Source: Azolla caroliniana (taxonomy: Eukaryota; Plantae; Polypodiophyta). Taken from it: a DNA stretch of 64,000 nucleotides. The position numbers and the translations under genes are program-made. Positions 60,435-64,000 of this stretch are shown here, piece after piece (within the stretch, counting starts at the first letter, position 1; every line of letters begins with the position of its first letter). Below the pieces are notes generated by a model. That model was not told the DNA's origin and ran no database searches. It saw only the letters and a program-made list of their open reading frames with translations. Location: positions 18,972,001 through 19,036,000 of the forward strand of contig JBHGNT010000006.1 in the NCBI GenBank assembly GCA_043228905.1, read 5' to 3'.

Positions 60435-62150
60435 TGTTGACCGGTCAAAAGAGCAAGGACAAGTGGGAAGGCAGAGTCGGATCGGATAATAGGAAGTAAA
60501 TAATAGTAGAATTATTATTCGGAGGGACGGATCCGGTACAGTTGTACCGATCCGGATCCGGACCGATTCGGATGCCGGTTGCCTAAGCGCACCGATTGTA
60601 ACCTTGCCGGATGCCTATAAAAGGATCCGATGATTTGTAAAGGTTTTGACGGAAGTAATACAAATAGAATTATTGCGTGTTTATCTGTATCTCTGTATTG
60701 TTTTACCGTCTGTGCTTAATTGTAATCATCTTACGCGTGTAACCTAGCATCCAATCCTTACCACCCCTTTGGAGAAGTGTCGAATAGACACCTGTGTTGA
60801 GGCTAGTCCGGCCAGGCAGACAACATCTTCCCATCCATCTCACAATCATGCTTCCCTCTCATAGAACTAATTTTTTCCCTTTATCTCTCTCCTTTACATC
60901 GATTAATAATTGATGATGATCTTATTCCTATAATCCTATAATCATCCTCATAATCGACCATATATCACCCATAAAATCCATCCATAAACGCTAATGATCT
61001 ATTGTTTATCCATCCATCATCACGTAATCAAAATGCACCCGTGGTAATGGATGATTATGGCCATTCGAATAAACCTTAAGGTCGATGATCAATTGATTAT
61101 CGCCAATCAACGATCATCACCCTAGTTCTATCAGCCAATTTTAATTAAATTAATTCTGAATGATCATTATCCATATATATGATGATCATCAATTATTTCC
61201 TCGAAAATTCGACGATCAAGCATCACCTATGGTATATTAGGTGGCTGACCTCTAGAGTTACGATTTCCACACATAAGGTCGTCTCATGGGCATAGCCATT
61301 AGATCAAGAGGGTATACGAAAAATAAAATATAAATATATTTATGGTGAATTTATTTGAATAATTATATATTAAATATCTGAACGTATTAAAACAAACATA
61401 TAATAATAATAACAACACTTTTATAAAACTTTTTTAACCCCTTGATTATATTTATTTATTTGTGCATCAGTGGATCTAACTCATAGCCTTTACTTTTAAG
61501 GTTAGAACAAGAATGTACTAACCAACCCATCACACAAATCTTGTTGTAATAAGGTAACGTTAATACATTCATTATACATAACCCCCTACAACATACTGCA
61601 CATCAAGATATCACTCCCACACGGAATCTCCGTGACGTTTTCGACACTTCCCCAATCCATCATTTACCATACATTAGTACGTAAAATAAAATACATATTT
61701 TCCCGTTCTAAAGCACATAACACGAATCCAATCAAACATTATTTTTTTAGGATTAAAACCGCTCTGATACCATATGTAATAACCAAGATCATTAATCCTA
61801 AAATAAAGATATAAATGACACAATCATACTGAAAATACGCGTTACCACCCATCAGCCCCCGCGCCTAAGTCGACAGCACAGACGAGGAATCCCAATCTGT
61901 CCCATACTAGCCAGGATCTCCACGTCAGGACCTTGGTAGATGACTAGTCCACATCAAAGAGAGCTTCGTCTGAACCACTCATGGGCCTCCCCCTTAACTA
62001 AGGAGAGTCTCCCCTATTTATAGGACCTAGGCCATGTAATGACATCTACCTGACAAATCATGTGCAGGGTACCCTATGACACACATTAGGTCAATCCAAT
62101 AAAGCCGAAGACTCAGATATTACGGTATGTCTAAAACAATGAACATTACA

Positions 62151-63981
62151 TTAAGCTCCCGACGGAAGAGGCATATGGTATCTTCATCATATCCACCTTC
62201 TCTACCTTCGTCTTCGGGCTTTGCTTACCGGATAACCTGCAGTTTGCCGAGAGTGTCGATCCGACCGGTTTCGCATCTGACATGTTGAACCGTTGAAGCA
62301 CCTTTGTCACGTACTTCTCCTGTGACAGCCACAATTGCTTCTTTGACCGGTCCCGGATGATATGCATCCCCAATATCTTTCTTGCCGGACCCAAGTCTTT
62401 CATTGAGAAGGTCTGGTTCAGAGCCTTCTTTAGTGTTCGTATCTTGACTTGGTCTCGTCCGACGATCAACATGTCGTCCACATACAAGAGGAGTATCAGG
62501 AAGTCTCCACCTTCGAACTTCTTCACAAATACACAGTGATCGGCCTGCATTTTGTGGCACCCTTGATTGGTCATGAAGGAGTCGAACTTCCGGTACCATT
62601 GTCGGGGAGCCTGCTTCAGTTCGTACAGGCTCTTCTTCAACCGGCAAACCAAGTGCTCCTTCCCTTTCTTCACAAATCCTTCTGGTTGTTGTATGTAGAT
62701 CTCCTCTTCGAGGTCGCCGTGGAGGAATGTCGTCTTCACGTCTAACTGCTCTACCCCGAGATCCATGCTTGCCGCTATGCCCAGCACCGTCCGGATGGAA
62801 GTCGTCTTCACTACTGGGGCAAATATCTCATCGAAGTCCATGCCCTTCTTCTGTTGGAACCCCTTCACCACGATCCTAGCTTTGTATCTTGGGGGGTTGT
62901 CGGCATCTCCCGGTTTCAACTTGTACACCCACTTATTCTGGAGTGCCCGTTTTCCTTTCGGCAGCTCCACCAGTTCATACGTGTGGTTCTCATGCAGAGA
63001 ATCCATCTCGTCCTGCATGGCACTCAACCACTTGTGGCTATGGGTGTCCTCCTTTGCTTCTTCGAAGCTTTCCGGCTCCCCCTCATCGGTTAGCAGCACA
63101 TGCTCTGCATCCAGAAATCTCCAAGGGGCTCTTCTCCCCCGGAGAGGATATCTCTGTCCTCGGATTTTGGTAACCGGCTCATGTGTCTGTTCTTCATCCG
63201 AATCCGATTCGGGGTCTTGTCCGGTTCCAGTTTCAGCTTCCTCTCCTTCTTCTGCCAGTTCGGTATCCTCACCGTAACCGGCCAGTTCTTCGAGTGTTAA
63301 CCACCTCTTAGCCGTGTAGGTCCGAATCTCATCGATCCGCTCCTTACCGGTCGACTCGGAGTTCATTATCTTCTTCTCCGACTCCCAGTCGGCAAGGGTC
63401 TTGTCCTCCATGAAGATAATATCTAGACTCCGGAAAACCTTCTTGTCGACCGAATCCCACACTCGGTAGGCGAACTCATCATCGCCGTATCCGAGGAATA
63501 TGCAAGGCCGGGACTTTGGATCCAACTTTGCTCTCTGGTCCTTTGCAACATGCACGTAAGCGAGACACCCGAACACCTTCAAATGCCGGTAAGACACTTA
63601 CTTACCGGTCCACACTCTCTACAGCGTGTCTCTGTCGAAGGGCATTGAGGGTGATTTGTTTATCACGTACGTCGTTGTCGCCAGCACCTCAGCCCAAAAC
63701 GTCTTGGGTAACCTTGCATGTGCCAACATACTCCAAACCCTCTCCATTATGGTCTAGTTCATCCTCTCGGCCAGCCCGTTTAGTTCCGGCGTCTTCAGCA
63801 CGGTAAATTCGAGCCGGATTCCCTTCGAGCGGCAGTACTCCTCGAACTGCCCCCGGTATTCTCCTCCATTATCTGCTCGAACCGGCTTCAGCTTCCGGTC
63901 GGTTTCTCTTTCCACTCTTGCGTGCAGCTCCTTGAAGAAGGATAACACCTGATCCTTCGTCTTCAACGGTGTGGCCCACAA
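62151..63981 (-). pseudogene. Copia integrase and reverse transcriptase (disrupted)
   Basis: ORFs 63754-63981 and 62146-63597 carry integrase core and RT motifs; stops and the TE insertion break the frame. Confidence 0.9.
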
Positions 63982-64000
63982 CTTCCGGCTATGGTCATCT

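Larger units (their letters stand above)
46826..60825 (+). mobile_element. Non-chromovirus Ty3/Gypsy element with a 3' extra ORF; LTRs 46826-47216 and 60435-60825
   Basis: 391-bp LTRs tgttgac...caaca (~4 differences); perfect TSD TCTTC; PBS-like TGGCGACCAC 47223-47232 (tRNA-Arg type); TATAAAA ~47007; protease IIDGGSGVN, RT FLDDF, RNase H VDASN, integrase WGLDFVGP. Confidence 0.95.
37918..62150 (-). mobile_element. Chromovirus (Ty3/Gypsy) deletion derivative: LTRs 37918-38314 and 61775-62150, lacking protease/RT
   Basis: LTR pair tgtaataacc...aacattaca (right copy has a ~20-bp deletion); TSD TTAAG; Met PBS 61761-61772; PPT 38317-38328; gag remnant 45680-46330 fused to RNase H end KWRHYLYGSKF; integrase 44571-45664; chromodomain EPEKILDH...YKVKWK...STWE 38331-38717. 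Confidence 0.92.
36668..64000 (-). mobile_element. Tnt1/Tork-like Copia: 3' LTR 36668-37258, PPT 37261-37270, pol 37306-37917 and 62151->64000; hosts a 24-kb nested insertion
   Basis: RT split exactly at YASSVGSL|MYAMVCIRPDI by TSD TTAAG; LLYVDDMLI, RADNGGEY, KHIQRRYHWIRE; LTR carries (CT)n at ~36935-36993. Confidence 0.92.

Noticed and set aside
1-64000. Apparent minus-strand orientation bias of insertions
   Set aside because: Roughly two thirds to three quarters of ~22 non-independent elements; too weak to claim without genome-wide counts.

Overview
Plant nuclear DNA, probably a non-seed land plant (inferred from Tcn1-like chromoviruses and tRNA-Trp-primed Gypsy elements). It contains one intact host gene: a 4-exon PAQR/AdipoR-family heptahelical protein (HHP-like, minus strand, 16334-18779, 359 aa). 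The gene lies in a ~6 kb TE-poor island surrounded by decayed and nested LTR retrotransposons. LTR pairs, PBS/PPT and target-site duplications resolve a five-level nest from 35.5 kb to the window end: Copia > Tork-like Copia > chromovirus deletion derivative > Arg-primed Gypsy with a 1040-aa extra ORF > Tcn1-like chromovirus. The most unusual observations are: (1) the Arg-primed Gypsy has no polypurine tract and instead carries a sense copy of a tRNA-Arg 3' end (...GGGCGTGCCA) next to its 3' LTR, and the same 30-nt motif recurs beside an unrelated LTR at 32 kb, suggesting tRNA-linked plus-strand priming; (2) a very young pol-less element with a tRNA-Trp PBS and 4-bp TSD, whose whole interior is a single 1404-aa Gag-plus-repeats ORF; (3) a tRNA-like A/B-box module at the start of the Tcn1 LTR. 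All coordinates were read by eye, and lineage names rest on remembered motifs, not database searches.
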